Source: a virus
Lineage: Duplodnaviria; Caudoviricetes
IMG/VR virus record: IMGVR_UViG_2806310702_000003
Location: 1 to 64,000 of that record
DNA length: 64,000 bases
Reading direction: 5' to 3' (one strand)
Within the stretch, counting starts at the first letter, position 1. Each line of letters begins with the position of its first letter. A program made the position numbers and the translations under genes. Below, one piece after another: positions 30,171-40,107 of the stretch. The notes under the pieces are model-generated. The model did no database searches, was not told the origin of the DNA, and saw only the letters and a list, made by a program, of their open reading frames with translations.

Positions 30171-31094
30171 ATGGGAATTGAAAAAGAAATACAAATTATA
30201 GGATTGGACATAGGAAGAGGATATGTCAAGGGGTATTCTGAAATAAACGAAATGAAGAAAGAAGTACTTTTTAAATCTATAATAAGTGAAGGAAGATCAC
30301 TTAATTTTGATGAATTTGAAAATCCAATATATGTAGAAGCAGTTGGAGAAAAATATTTTGCAGGATTATTAGCTGAAAAGGAAGGGTATACACCTATTAG
30401 AAATAGTAAAGACAGCAAAGTATCTGATACAGTTGAAAAACTTGTTTACGCTGCATTAAATTCATTAGCAGTTAAAGAAAAAGTAAGTATAATGTTTGGT
30501 GTTCCTTATAAGCTTTTTAAAAAAAGTACATTAGAAGAAGTTGTATCAAAATATTCTAATAAAAATATTAAAATAAAAGATAATATAACTGGAGCATATA
30601 AAAATATAACAATATGTAATGTAAGTATATTTAGAGAAGCTGATGCAGCAGCTATGTGGGAAGTTAGAAATAACATGGAAAATGCTAAACCTATTGGAAT
30701 TGCAAATATAGGATTTAGAACAACAGAACTAAGTTATTTTGACAAAGGATTGAGGTTTAACGATAAATATTCTAAGACAATAGAACTGGGAAATAGAACT
30801 GCTTTAAAGATGATACAAGACCACCTCGAAAGTAATAATATAATGAAAGAATTACAAGAAATAGATAGTTCTGATGATTATGAAAATTTGAAAAGAAAAG
30901 CTTATAAAGTACTATCTGAAAGAGTTAGCCAAGATATTGAAGATAACTGGATTAACTTAGACGAAATGGAGATATTAATAGCAGGTGGAACTGCTAAACA
31001 CATGAAATTTGATGAAGGATTTAGAATAATAGATGAACCTCAAATGGCAACTGCTAAAGGGTTGTACTTAGTAGGTACTAGAGTTTTTAAATAG
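30171..31094 (+). CDS. parM: ParM/StbA actin-like partition ATPase
   Basis: IGLDIGRGYVK, NIGFRTT, AGGTA, ATAKGL actin-fold motifs. Confidence 0.9.
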   Translation: MGIEKEIQIIGLDIGRGYVKGYSEINEMKKEVLFKSIISEGRSLNFDEFENPIYVEAVGEKYFAGLLAEKEGYTPIRNSKDSKVSDTVEKLVYAALNSLAVKEKVSIMFGVPYKLFKKSTLEEVVSKYSNKNIKIKDNITGAYKNITICNVSIFREADAAAMWEVRNNMENAKPIGIANIGFRTTELSYFDKGLRFNDKYSKTIELGNRTALKMIQDHLESNNIMKELQEIDSSDDYENLKRKAYKVLSERVSQDIEDNWINLDEMEILIAGGTAKHMKFDEGFRIIDEPQMATAKGLYLVGTRVFK

Positions 31095-31102
31095 GTGATA
31101 TT

Positions 31103-31402
31103 ATGAAAAAAAGTATAAGTTTTAATTTAGAAGAAGATATTATAGAAAAGATAGAGCAATATCAAAAAGAAAAAAGGCTAAGTTCCAGAAGTGCTGCTCT
31201 TGAAAGAATAATTTTATCTATGGATCATATTAATATTAATAACATGTTAGAGATTTTCAAAAATACATTACAAAATAATAATATAGATACACAAGTAAAA
31301 AAAGAAGATGTAATAGTAGAAGAACCTTTAAAAGAAGAAATAAAAAACAACAAAATAGAAAATAGTGTAAATGATATATTTAGTAGTATGCCCCAAGATT
31401 AA
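31103..31402 (+). CDS. ParR-like RHH adaptor
   Basis: KKSISFNL...SRSAALERII RHH, directly after parM. Confidence 0.8.
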   Translation: MKKSISFNLEEDIIEKIEQYQKEKRLSSRSAALERIILSMDHININNMLEIFKNTLQNNNIDTQVKKEDVIVEEPLKEEIKNNKIENSVNDIFSSMPQD

Positions 31403-31504
31403 CTTGGGGTTTTGTTTTGAAAAAGTATAGGTATTTGATAATTTTAACTAGTTTATTTATATGTAAAAAAATGCTCTGGAGTATATTCCAGAGCATTCAA
31501 AATA

Positions 31505-33859
31505 TCATCTTATTGGTGCTGGTAATTTAGTTATAAATCTAGCATATCCATTTGTTGTTTTTATAAGATTTAAACTACTATACCTTTTCAAATTAAGCAA
31601 ATCTTCTAATTGAAACGGTTGTAATTCTTCTTCTAATTCTTTATAATTTTTCTTATCTGTACCTTGCAATAACATATAAGATGCTCCAGAAGCTTTTAAA
31701 GATTCTCTAATAGTTTCTATTTGACTTAAATAATGTGCTGATATAATAAATTTAAGTTGGAATTTACGACATTGAGGTAATATATCTTTAAGCATATTTT
31801 CGCTTGTAGGTGCTTGAAATATTTCATCTAATAATACATGAGTTCTCAATGGCTTATCATGTATTTTACCTCTAATTTGAGAAGCTAACCAAATTTTTGT
31901 TGTGAAATAAGTTACTATTACATTTTTAACATATTTAAGTGGATATTTATGTTCTGGAATTTTAATTAAGATTACTTTCCCTTGTTCTAGTTGTTCTACA
32001 AAATCTATATTATTTTCTAAGGATTTATTAAACATAAATTTTAATTTGAAATCTTCTTTTAATAAATTTATTCTATCTAATATGTGTTCTATTTTACTAT
32101 CTTTATTACTAAATCTTAGTGTTTTTACTTCTTTTGTTGTAGGGTCCTTAATTTCTTTTACTTCATTTAATTCATCTAGTGCTTTTATTTCATCTTCCAA
32201 AAACTTTTTTAAATTTTCTGGAGTTTCTTCATATAATTTATCTCTAGTAGCAGGATATTGTAATGCATTTATAACATCTCTAAGACTTTTATTTTCTTTT
32301 AAATGCACTATATTAGCTGCTGCACTTAAATACCTTCTCATTCTAGAAGTTAAAGGAGCACCATCACTGTTTATTGCATCTATTAAAGCCATATCTTGTT
32401 GTGCTATTAAATTAGCAGTTTCTAAAATTTCAAACTCTGTCATATTCTCCTTAAATTTAATTTCGTTGTAACCAAACCCTTGTAGGTCCTGTTCTTTTGA
32501 CATATCTATAATTAGTAGCTTTTCTTTAGGTACTACTGTTTCAATATCACTAGACAACTCACAGTTTTTAATAAAATCTAAAACTATAAGGTTTTCTCCA
32601 GCTTTAATTACATCACTTGCATAATTTTTGAAGTATTCGGACTTTCCAGAACCCTGTGGACCCATAACTACTAATCCTAAATTTGCTAAGTTTTTATCAC
32701 TGCTCATATACGCTAGTTTCTTATTGCCTTTATAATCATTTTCTCCTAGTTTTATATATCCATTTTGCAATTCTTGTGAAAGTTGATTTTCCAGTATATT
32801 TCTATGTTGAATACAACTATATTTTTCTAGTAAATCTCTAGCTGGTAACTGGATAAAATTATGACATTCCTCTGTGCTTATTCTGTTTTCTTCAACTCTT
32901 GCAATTTTAAAATCAGTTGCATTAAATATATGTTTTTTAGAAATTTTTCTATATGAAAGTTCATTATCTTCTGAAATAGAGTTATAAGATTCCATAATTG
33001 AAATGATATTATTACGTTTCCTAATAATTTCTGTACTATCTGATAAAACTAAAATTTGAGTATTTAAGATAGTAGCTTCTTTTTTATTTAGTGTATGTGT
33101 AGAAAGTTTTTTATTAGAATTTAACAAACATGTTGCAAGTTCAAGCAAAGTTTCCTTATTATCTTTTTTTATTTCACCTCCTATAAAATCCAGAATGCTT
33201 TCTGTAAGCATCTGCATAAATTCTAATGCATAAGTGAATATAGTTTTTATTATAAATGCACTACTTCTTTTTTCCCGTTCTAGAGGTAAATTTCTTTTGA
33301 ATTTATTTAGAGTTTCATTATAATTCTTTTTCCATGACAATTGACAACAAGGCATGAAATTATAAAATATTCCTATACGATCATCATCTTTTAATATATC
33401 CAATACATTTAAAATTTGATTAAGAGGTGTATTAGATTTTTTATTGATATTTAAAGATAAAGCATCTTCTTTTTTATAATTTAATTGATATTTAAGAACA
33501 TCTTGAGAAAAGGATTTAACTTCCTTTACTTCTTCTATAGTTATTTGTGACCAAGTTTGAAGAATTTTATCTTTTATAAGAGTTGCATATTGTTCTGGAA
33601 CTATAAAATAAAAACTAGTATTATCTTTTGTTATATCTATAAAATAACTGCACTTTACTTGTGTTTCTATAAAATATTTTTTTTCAACCTTTTTAATTCT
33701 CTGATTAATGGTTTTATACATACTTTGAATTGATTTTGCTATATTGGAACTATCATAATTTCTTATAGATGAATGTGGAATAAGTTTTAAATAAATATAC
33801 TTTGGTTTAATTATTTCAAAGTAGTTAGATATTTTAATACTAACTTTTTTCTTAAACAT
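31505..33859 (-). CDS. HerA/FtsK/VirD4-superfamily ATPase
   Basis: GPQGSGKS Walker A, LLDE Walker B, CRKF arginine-finger-like motif; 784 aa. Confidence 0.75.
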   Translation of the reverse strand: MFKKKVSIKISNYFEIIKPKYIYLKLIPHSSIRNYDSSNIAKSIQSMYKTINQRIKKVEKKYFIETQVKCSYFIDITKDNTSFYFIVPEQYATLIKDKILQTWSQITIEEVKEVKSFSQDVLKYQLNYKKEDALSLNINKKSNTPLNQILNVLDILKDDDRIGIFYNFMPCCQLSWKKNYNETLNKFKRNLPLEREKRSSAFIIKTIFTYALEFMQMLTESILDFIGGEIKKDNKETLLELATCLLNSNKKLSTHTLNKKEATILNTQILVLSDSTEIIRKRNNIISIMESYNSISEDNELSYRKISKKHIFNATDFKIARVEENRISTEECHNFIQLPARDLLEKYSCIQHRNILENQLSQELQNGYIKLGENDYKGNKKLAYMSSDKNLANLGLVVMGPQGSGKSEYFKNYASDVIKAGENLIVLDFIKNCELSSDIETVVPKEKLLIIDMSKEQDLQGFGYNEIKFKENMTEFEILETANLIAQQDMALIDAINSDGAPLTSRMRRYLSAAANIVHLKENKSLRDVINALQYPATRDKLYEETPENLKKFLEDEIKALDELNEVKEIKDPTTKEVKTLRFSNKDSKIEHILDRINLLKEDFKLKFMFNKSLENNIDFVEQLEQGKVILIKIPEHKYPLKYVKNVIVTYFTTKIWLASQIRGKIHDKPLRTHVLLDEIFQAPTSENMLKDILPQCRKFQLKFIISAHYLSQIETIRESLKASGASYMLLQGTDKKNYKELEEELQPFQLEDLLNLKRYSSLNLIKTTNGYARFITKLPAPIR

Positions 33860-33860
33860 A

Positions 33861-34139
33861 TTACACCTCCATAAAACTTGCTATTGCTTGTATTAATGCG
33901 TATCCAGTAATACTAATAGGTATTAACTTTCTTCCTTTTTTGCTACCACACATATATAAAAAGATTGAACCAAAACATATTACCAAAGCTATGTTGTAAG
34001 AAGCTCCTGCACCTTTTAAAAATAAGACCTTACAACCTTTAATTGGATGAAACATATAATAAAATCCATTTACAAGTGTATCTAAACTATTTTTTATTTG
34101 ATTTAAAGTTTCTAACACATAAACTCCTCCCTTAAGCAA
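33861..34139 (-). CDS. Small membrane protein
   Basis: Two hydrophobic segments; operon with the ATPase. Confidence 0.6.
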   Translation of the reverse strand: MLKGGVYVLETLNQIKNSLDTLVNGFYYMFHPIKGCKVLFLKGAGASYNIALVICFGSIFLYMCGSKKGRKLIPISITGYALIQAIASFMEV

Positions 34140-34542
34140 ATATATCCTTTATAATATCGAGAATCCAAGGCAATAGGTAAAGACTACTAAAAGCCAAAGC
34201 GTATTTTGTAATTATTTTAGCAATACTTTTTGTATCTCCTTGAAGCAATTCTTTTATAATGCTAGTAATACACATAATAATACAAGTCCAGTAACCAATA
34301 GTTCTACAAATTCCCAAAATAGTATTTCCAGCTTGATCTATTTTTGCAACGCTAGCAGTTGATTTTGCTAATGCATTCTTGCAATATAACATATTTGCTA
34401 ATACGAAAATACTTAGCTTTTTTAATTTTGAATTATTATTAATTTCTTTTGCTATTAGCTCCAAATTATTTAATTTCTTTTGTTCCTTTCTATCTTTTAA
34501 ATTCTGTAAAAAACTAGAATGGTAAACACAAATTATCTGCAT
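34132..34542 (-). CDS. Pilin-like (VirB2/TrbC-like) membrane protein, start ATG 34542
   Basis: AAGGAGG RBS; ALA cleavage-like site followed by two TM helices. Confidence 0.5.
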   Translation of the reverse strand: MQIICVYHSSFLQNLKDRKEQKKLNNLELIAKEINNNSKLKKLSIFVLANMLYCKNALAKSTASVAKIDQAGNTILGICRTIGYWTCIIMCITSIIKELLQGDTKSIAKIITKYALAFSSLYLLPWILDIIKDIFA

Positions 34543-34600
34543 AAAAACCTCCTTATTGTAAATAATAAAAATAAATTGATTCGGAAACGAGGGATATAAA

Positions 34601-34684
34601 ATGGATGTATTTTTTGCAATTACATTATTCATGGGTGGTATTCAAGTTGGAGCAGAAACAGTTTGTAAATTTTTAGGAATGTAA
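34601..34684 (+). CDS. 27-aa hydrophobic peptide
   Basis: MDVFFAITLFMGGIQVGAETVCKFLGM, RBS GAGGG, terminator 34801-34834. Confidence 0.5.
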   Translation: MDVFFAITLFMGGIQVGAETVCKFLGM

Positions 34685-34875
34685 ACAATATGTTAATAAT
34701 TACAAAGTAAGTCGCAAAAGAGTAAACTTTTAGAAAGTTATAACATACGCTAGGAGTATACGAGGAAGCGTAGCAAGGAGTAACTCATAGCTTTCCTAGG
34801 CAAAGCCTAACCATTAATGGAAGGCTTTGTTTTTATATATTTTTGATTAATGTTGGAGCAATTTTTATATAAAAT

Positions 34876-35028
34876 TTACTCCTTATTTTCTTTTTGCTTT
34901 TTTAAATACTTTATATAGTATTCTATTGCATTTTTAATAAAGTTACTTTTTTCTTCCTGCCCCTGTACTTCTAAATATAAATTCATATCTCTAGTAGTTT
35001 GTTTAAAGCTAACAGGTATTTTAGGCAT
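34876..35028 (-). CDS. 50-aa RHH-like DNA-binding protein (not in ORF track)
   Basis: MPKIPVSFKQ...KSNFIKNAIEYY; RBS AAGGAGG. Confidence 0.7.
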   Translation of the reverse strand: MPKIPVSFKQTTRDMNLYLEVQGQEEKSNFIKNAIEYYIKYLKKQKENKE

Positions 35029-35271
35029 ATATTTTAATACCTCCTTACATCTTATTTAATACTAATGTATACAAAAAGGGTTCAAATTGTTACTAATTTC
35101 ATTGACAAATTAAATAAAAATATTTAATATTTATATATAATTAACTATGTGGTATGTAAATTATGTTTATTATTATATTTACAATGAACTTTTATATTAA
35201 CTATGTGAGAAGTTATTTTCTATAAAAAAAACAAGGATACCTAAAATATAGTATCCTTAAAAATTATTATT

Positions 35272-36420
35272 TTAAATAAGTTTTATATAATCTGCGCTTA
35301 CATATCCTCCGTGTGATCCATAATAAATTTCATACCAATTTCCAACCTTTTTAAAAATCTTAACAGTATCATTTTTATTTAAAATTCCTAAAATATTATT
35401 ATTAGTTGTAGTGTCCATAGCACTTCTTATTCTTACTCCGTTTCCTGTGCAAGAACCTATGCGGCTATCTAAAGAACCACTAGAGTTATTGCTAGTTGTT
35501 GTAGCTTTACCATTTTTGAAATTATTTAATGGGAAATACTTCCCTGGGCAATTAGAACTTCCAACCTCTCTATGTCCATATATACCCATGTTTCCATATT
35601 TATTTTTGAGATAAGATATTAATTGTAATCCAGCATTAAATTGTGTATCAGGCATGCTTTTATCCGTATTATGATAATCACCCTCGAATGCAATACCAAT
35701 AGAATTTTTATTAAATCCCTTGCAGTGTGAACCTAGTGTCCACTCTGGTCTACCTCTATAAATAGAACCGTCTTTCCTAATATAAAAATGATAGCCTATA
35801 CCTACCCAGCCATTTCCTAAATGTAATTGATGTAGCCTTTCTATGTTCCAGCCAGTACATTCAGTATGATGTAGTACAATATTTCTCGGACTATTATTGT
35901 TAGGTAATCCATTTCTAAAATTTAAATTTGTATCTATAATATTCATAAAATTACTTCCCTTCATATCATATTGATTTAAATTATAATAGTTTATTAATTT
36001 TAAAATCTTATCTATATAATTAGGATCACTTGTATATCCTCCATTAAAAATTGCTTGTATTTGCTCCTTATAGTCTTTAGCCGTAAAAACACTTGCTTCT
36101 ACATACCATTTCTTTTTCAAAAACAAAGCATGATCAAGTATACTTTCTGACCAACTATTATAAATCCTAAAAGGTTGTTTAACAGTAATTATTCCACTGC
36201 GTGTGTATTCTCTAGTATCTATATTAGCAATAGGTCCACTCCAATCTCTTAACGCTTTAATTCCAAAAAGGTTATTATATTTTTTAGCTAAGACACTTGA
36301 ACCCCAGCCACTCTCTAATATTGCTTGTGCTATAGATACACTAGCAAATATTTTATATTTAATTTGTGTATCTATAGCACTATCTTTTATTTTATTTATA
36401 AATTCTAGCTGTTCACACAT
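35272..36420 (-). CDS. Endolysin: glucosaminidase + amidase_2 + SH3
   Basis: AQAILESGWG/NNLFGIK; VLHHT, GIGYHF, SIGI, GHRE..CPG; SH3 GYVSADYI. Confidence 0.93.
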   Translation of the reverse strand: MCEQLEFINKIKDSAIDTQIKYKIFASVSIAQAILESGWGSSVLAKKYNNLFGIKALRDWSGPIANIDTREYTRSGIITVKQPFRIYNSWSESILDHALFLKKKWYVEASVFTAKDYKEQIQAIFNGGYTSDPNYIDKILKLINYYNLNQYDMKGSNFMNIIDTNLNFRNGLPNNNSPRNIVLHHTECTGWNIERLHQLHLGNGWVGIGYHFYIRKDGSIYRGRPEWTLGSHCKGFNKNSIGIAFEGDYHNTDKSMPDTQFNAGLQLISYLKNKYGNMGIYGHREVGSSNCPGKYFPLNNFKNGKATTTSNNSSGSLDSRIGSCTGNGVRIRSAMDTTTNNNILGILNKNDTVKIFKKVGNWYEIYYGSHGGYVSADYIKLI

Positions 36421-36437
36421 ACATTACTCCTTTGAAT

Positions 36438-36695
36438 TTATTTTTTATTTGTACTTTGTTTTACAAGTTGATTAGCATAAACAGTTACACCTGTTACTAA
36501 AACACCTTGAATAATAGCACTTGCATTAAAGCCCATCAATGCAGTAGCCCCAATAACCCCAAATATAAGAAGCAGCCATGGTATTACCCAATCTTTAATT
36601 TTTTCTGTTGATTTAAGCATTATACCTAGTATGTATAAAACAGGTATTAGTATAAAAGATTGTTGTACTATGTAATTCATAATATTTACTTCCAA
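36438..36695 (-). CDS. Phage holin
   Basis: LIPVLYILG..LK...IIQGVLVTG..VYANQL. Confidence 0.85.
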   Translation of the reverse strand: MEVNIMNYIVQQSFILIPVLYILGIMLKSTEKIKDWVIPWLLLIFGVIGATALMGFNASAIIQGVLVTGVTVYANQLVKQSTNKK

Positions 36696-36705
36696 AATAT
36701 CACCT

Positions 36706-36927
36706 CTATTTTATTTTTTCTTTAATATCCTCAACATCTTTTTTTATTTCCTCAACCACATTGAATTTATCAGTTAATTTTCTTATGATGCCTTGATAGT
36801 TTTCCTCTCTTTGTTCTTGCTTAGCATCTCTTTTCTCTTGCGCTCTTAAAATATAAAATATTAAAGCTACACTAAGCGCTGCCCATACACCTTGTGATGA
36901 TGCAAGTTTTAAGATCTCATTATCCAT
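36706..36927 (-). CDS. BhlA/UviB-family holin-like protein
   Basis: SQGVWAALSVALIFYIL...REENYQ. Confidence 0.88.
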   Translation of the reverse strand: MDNEILKLASSQGVWAALSVALIFYILRAQEKRDAKQEQREENYQGIIRKLTDKFNVVEEIKKDVEDIKEKIK

Positions 36928-37069
36928 TCGTCACCTCCATATTTTTGTATTGAACGAAATTAGTTGTTATTTAAATTATATCATTTTTAGAAAAAACATA
37001 AGATAATTGGTAATTCACACTAGAATTTCTCTATAAATATGATAATATAATTAATAGGAGGGATAGATT

Positions 37070-37675
37070 ATGGAAATTAAATCTAAAGAAAATTTAAAGG
37101 GAAAAAAGGTTTATGGGAAAATATGGTTTATAGTGCTTATGTTAATTTTTTTCTTCCCAGTTGGAATATATTTAATGTATAAATATAAAAAGTTTTCATC
37201 TAAAACAAGAGGATGTATTGTTACTATTATAGTTATACTAGGTATAATAGGGGTGTTTACAGAAGATAAACAAAAGGTATTTGATAAAGAATCTAAGCAA
37301 ATAACGCAAGAATATAAAGAAGAAACTGGAGAAGAAGATATTCAAGATTGGCAAAAAAATATATCTCTTTATGGAAATATATTATCTAAAAAATTTAATA
37401 GTTTTAGTGATGCAGCAAATAAACTTGATATTGAAAAAATGAATGTCTATTCAAAAAGTATAGTTGAATACTCTTATAAGTTAAAAGAAGTAAAATTACC
37501 AGTTGAATATAGAAATGCTAAAAATAAAATAAATGAAGCTTGTGATATATACATTGAAATATATGGAGAAATGCCAAAGAAATGCATGGATATAGAATGG
37601 GTTAATAAAAGTGAACCTAGATTAAATAAAGCAAATGATTTAATTAGAGAAGCTTCAAAAGAGTTTAAAAGCTAG
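37070..37675 (+). CDS. Moron membrane protein
   Basis: WFIVLMLIFFFPVGIYLM TM motif; own promoter and terminator 37669-37696. Confidence 0.7.
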   Translation: MEIKSKENLKGKKVYGKIWFIVLMLIFFFPVGIYLMYKYKKFSSKTRGCIVTIIVILGIIGVFTEDKQKVFDKESKQITQEYKEETGEEDIQDWQKNISLYGNILSKKFNSFSDAANKLDIEKMNVYSKSIVEYSYKLKEVKLPVEYRNAKNKINEACDIYIEIYGEMPKKCMDIEWVNKSEPRLNKANDLIREASKEFKS

Positions 37676-37752
37676 TAGAAATTAATCTACTAGCTTATTT
37701 TTATGTATTAATTGTTTTATTGTTTACTTCGTAATATTTTTCTATTACGCAA

Positions 37753-37887
37753 TTAATCTTCTGTGTATTCTTGTCCTGTTATCTTTTTGAATTCTTCTTT
37801 AGTTATACAATTCCACTTACACGCTTCTTTCACTAATTCAAATTTTAACATTCCTTGTTTATAAAAAACATTATAAAAATCAAACAT
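37753..37887 (-). CDS. XkdX-family protein (not in ORF track)
   Basis: MFDFYNVFYKQG...ITKEEFKKITGQEY, 44 aa. Confidence 0.85.
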   Translation of the reverse strand: MFDFYNVFYKQGMLKFELVKEACKWNCITKEEFKKITGQEYTED

Positions 37888-38306
37888 TATTTAACACCTT
37901 CCTTAATTTTATTTATTTCTATATTCATTGTTGCTACTGTACTAGCTAATTGAGTAGCTAACATATCTTTTTTCTTACTGTCTATAGTAAGTTTTGCTAT
38001 CGTTTCTGTTAAAACTTCATTATTTTTCTTTAAATTTTCTAATTCTATTTCTTGTAGTTCTTCTTTTGTTTTTGGAATATATTTATATTCATAGAAAATT
38101 TCTTTTTTGATAGGATTCCAATACATTATTGGTTGTTTACACTCTATTTGTTTAGATTTCGGAATACTTTCTATAAGTACACCTTCTTGTTCTAATTGCT
38201 CTTTTGATTTATTCAATCCATTTTCTTTATCAAATGGTATATAATGTATAAACCCTATGCTATATTTTTCATCTGTTATTTTATTTAAATTACCTAAAAA
38301 TATCAT
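37887..38306 (-). CDS. Tail-fibre assembly-like protein
   Basis: FIHYIPFD..NGL.KS.EQLEQEG; position after fibre. Confidence 0.65.
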   Translation of the reverse strand: MIFLGNLNKITDEKYSIGFIHYIPFDKENGLNKSKEQLEQEGVLIESIPKSKQIECKQPIMYWNPIKKEIFYEYKYIPKTKEELQEIELENLKKNNEVLTETIAKLTIDSKKKDMLATQLASTVATMNIEINKIKEGVK

Positions 38307-38316
38307 TTCATCACCT

Positions 38317-39786
38317 CTATATTTCTATTTCACATTTGTATTTGTTTAAAACCTGTCTATGATATGACCCTGCTGTTTCATATTCTAGTCTATATATATA
38401 CCCATCATTAGATATATCCCAATTTATCGTAGTATAATCCTCTGGATAAGAACTACTATAAGTAAAATTGCCTAGAGAAATACTTAAATTAGAATTTACG
38501 ATATAAACTATTTCATTTTTATTTAAATTTAATCTATTATTTTTATGTTTTTTATCTATATATCCATATTCACCTTCGTGATTAGATTTTAAATTAAAAT
38601 CTTTATCGAAAATATAAGTGTAAAAAGTAGAATCACTTGTACTTCCAGTTGAAAACAGACCAATTGCACATATATAGTTATCATTTACATTTATTTTTTG
38701 AAGATAAATACTACTTCTATCATCAATATTTGTTTTTACAGTTTTTTGGAGTGTGCCATCTATGCTATATATATCAATTTCGTTACTATAATATTTTATA
38801 TAATACGCTAGATTATCATATACATCTAAAAATGTATAATTCTTTTCATTTTTAAATTTTTTTATATATTTATCAGCTTTTAAATCATATATGGATTTCG
38901 TAGTAAACAAAGTATCATTTTTAGAAATACTAGGTGACTCACCTGCAACACAACATAAAAATTTTAAAGTATCTTTATTAAAAACAAAGCAATAATCTTC
39001 TCTGTTCACCTCCCCTTCTACGACTAAATATTTATTGAATTGAGAAATTGTACCTAATTTAGATCCGCTATCAACACATTCAGTTTTTATTGTTTGAAAA
39101 TCATTTGCGGATACTATATTTATATAATTAGAATTAGTCGTTGTATAAATTTTAGAACTATCTGTGTTATCACATGAAAAACTTGCTAGATGTTCAACTT
39201 TATCGTATAAAGATGAAATTTTTTTTATATCTACTTTAGGGTTTAAAGTGTTTAAATTTGCAAAATTATATATTTTTTTTGTTTCTACTGTTTCTATACC
39301 GTTTTTCAATTCTTCAAAGCTTGCTATGTCTTTACTTTTAGAAACTTTTCCACCTCTGTCAATAATGGTTGTTTCTAAAAGTTTTTTTCCATTACTGACA
39401 TAGGTAAAATTTTCCTTAATATCTTTCTTAAAATCTTCATATTGCGAATTAACTTCTTGCTTAAAATCTTTAATTTCTTGTGTAGTTTTTCTTTCTAAAT
39501 TTGTAATTTTACTATCTGTATCCTTCTTATTTTCTTCGAGTGTAGCTTTAGTGTTATTTTTAAATTCTTCAATTTCTTGTGTGTTTTTTATTTTTAATGT
39601 TTCTATATCTTTGCTATTTTGAAAAATCCCTTCCTCGAGGTGATTAAGATTTTCAGCGTTGAGGTTCGATCCTTCTTCTTTAACGCCTGTATTATCTTTT
39701 TCTATAATTGTCGGTTTACCATCAACTAAATAAGTAGTTGGCTTTGTATCTATTCTATCTTTAAAATTTATTTTTTTATAAACCAC
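38317..39786 (-). CDS. Tail fibre/receptor-binding protein B
   Basis: GSNLNAENLNHLEEGI anchor, coiled coil, VSNGKK motif, beta-rich C-terminus. Confidence 0.75.
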   Translation of the reverse strand: MVYKKINFKDRIDTKPTTYLVDGKPTIIEKDNTGVKEEGSNLNAENLNHLEEGIFQNSKDIETLKIKNTQEIEEFKNNTKATLEENKKDTDSKITNLERKTTQEIKDFKQEVNSQYEDFKKDIKENFTYVSNGKKLLETTIIDRGGKVSKSKDIASFEELKNGIETVETKKIYNFANLNTLNPKVDIKKISSLYDKVEHLASFSCDNTDSSKIYTTTNSNYINIVSANDFQTIKTECVDSGSKLGTISQFNKYLVVEGEVNREDYCFVFNKDTLKFLCCVAGESPSISKNDTLFTTKSIYDLKADKYIKKFKNEKNYTFLDVYDNLAYYIKYYSNEIDIYSIDGTLQKTVKTNIDDRSSIYLQKINVNDNYICAIGLFSTGSTSDSTFYTYIFDKDFNLKSNHEGEYGYIDKKHKNNRLNLNKNEIVYIVNSNLSISLGNFTYSSSYPEDYTTINWDISNDGYIYRLEYETAGSYHRQVLNKYKCEIEI

Positions 39787-40082
39787 TATTTTTCACCTTC
39801 TTTCATGAATAAAAATGGAAATTCTATTATAATTTCATCATTAGTTTTTTGAAAATTTAAAATTTTTGTGGCATAAACAGTTTTGTTCTTACCTATCAAT
39901 TTAAAATTATCAAATGTACCAATTTCCGAACTATCTATTTTAAATAAAATCTCAACATTACCATTTTTAACATATGATTTAAATATTTTTTTCTCTTTAG
40001 GAGAATCATTAACTGTATAAGTTAACTTTTCTATATCATTTAAAAATAAATTTGCTATTCTTTCTATTGCTTCTTCTGTCAT
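39786..40082 (-). CDS. Baseplate/fibre-associated protein
   Basis: 98 aa; position. Confidence 0.55.
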   Translation of the reverse strand: MTEEAIERIANLFLNDIEKLTYTVNDSPKEKKIFKSYVKNGNVEILFKIDSSEIGTFDNFKLIGKNKTVYATKILNFQKTNDEIIIEFPFLFMKEGEK

Positions 40083-40107
40083 TAAATATCACCTCCTTAT
40101 ATATATT

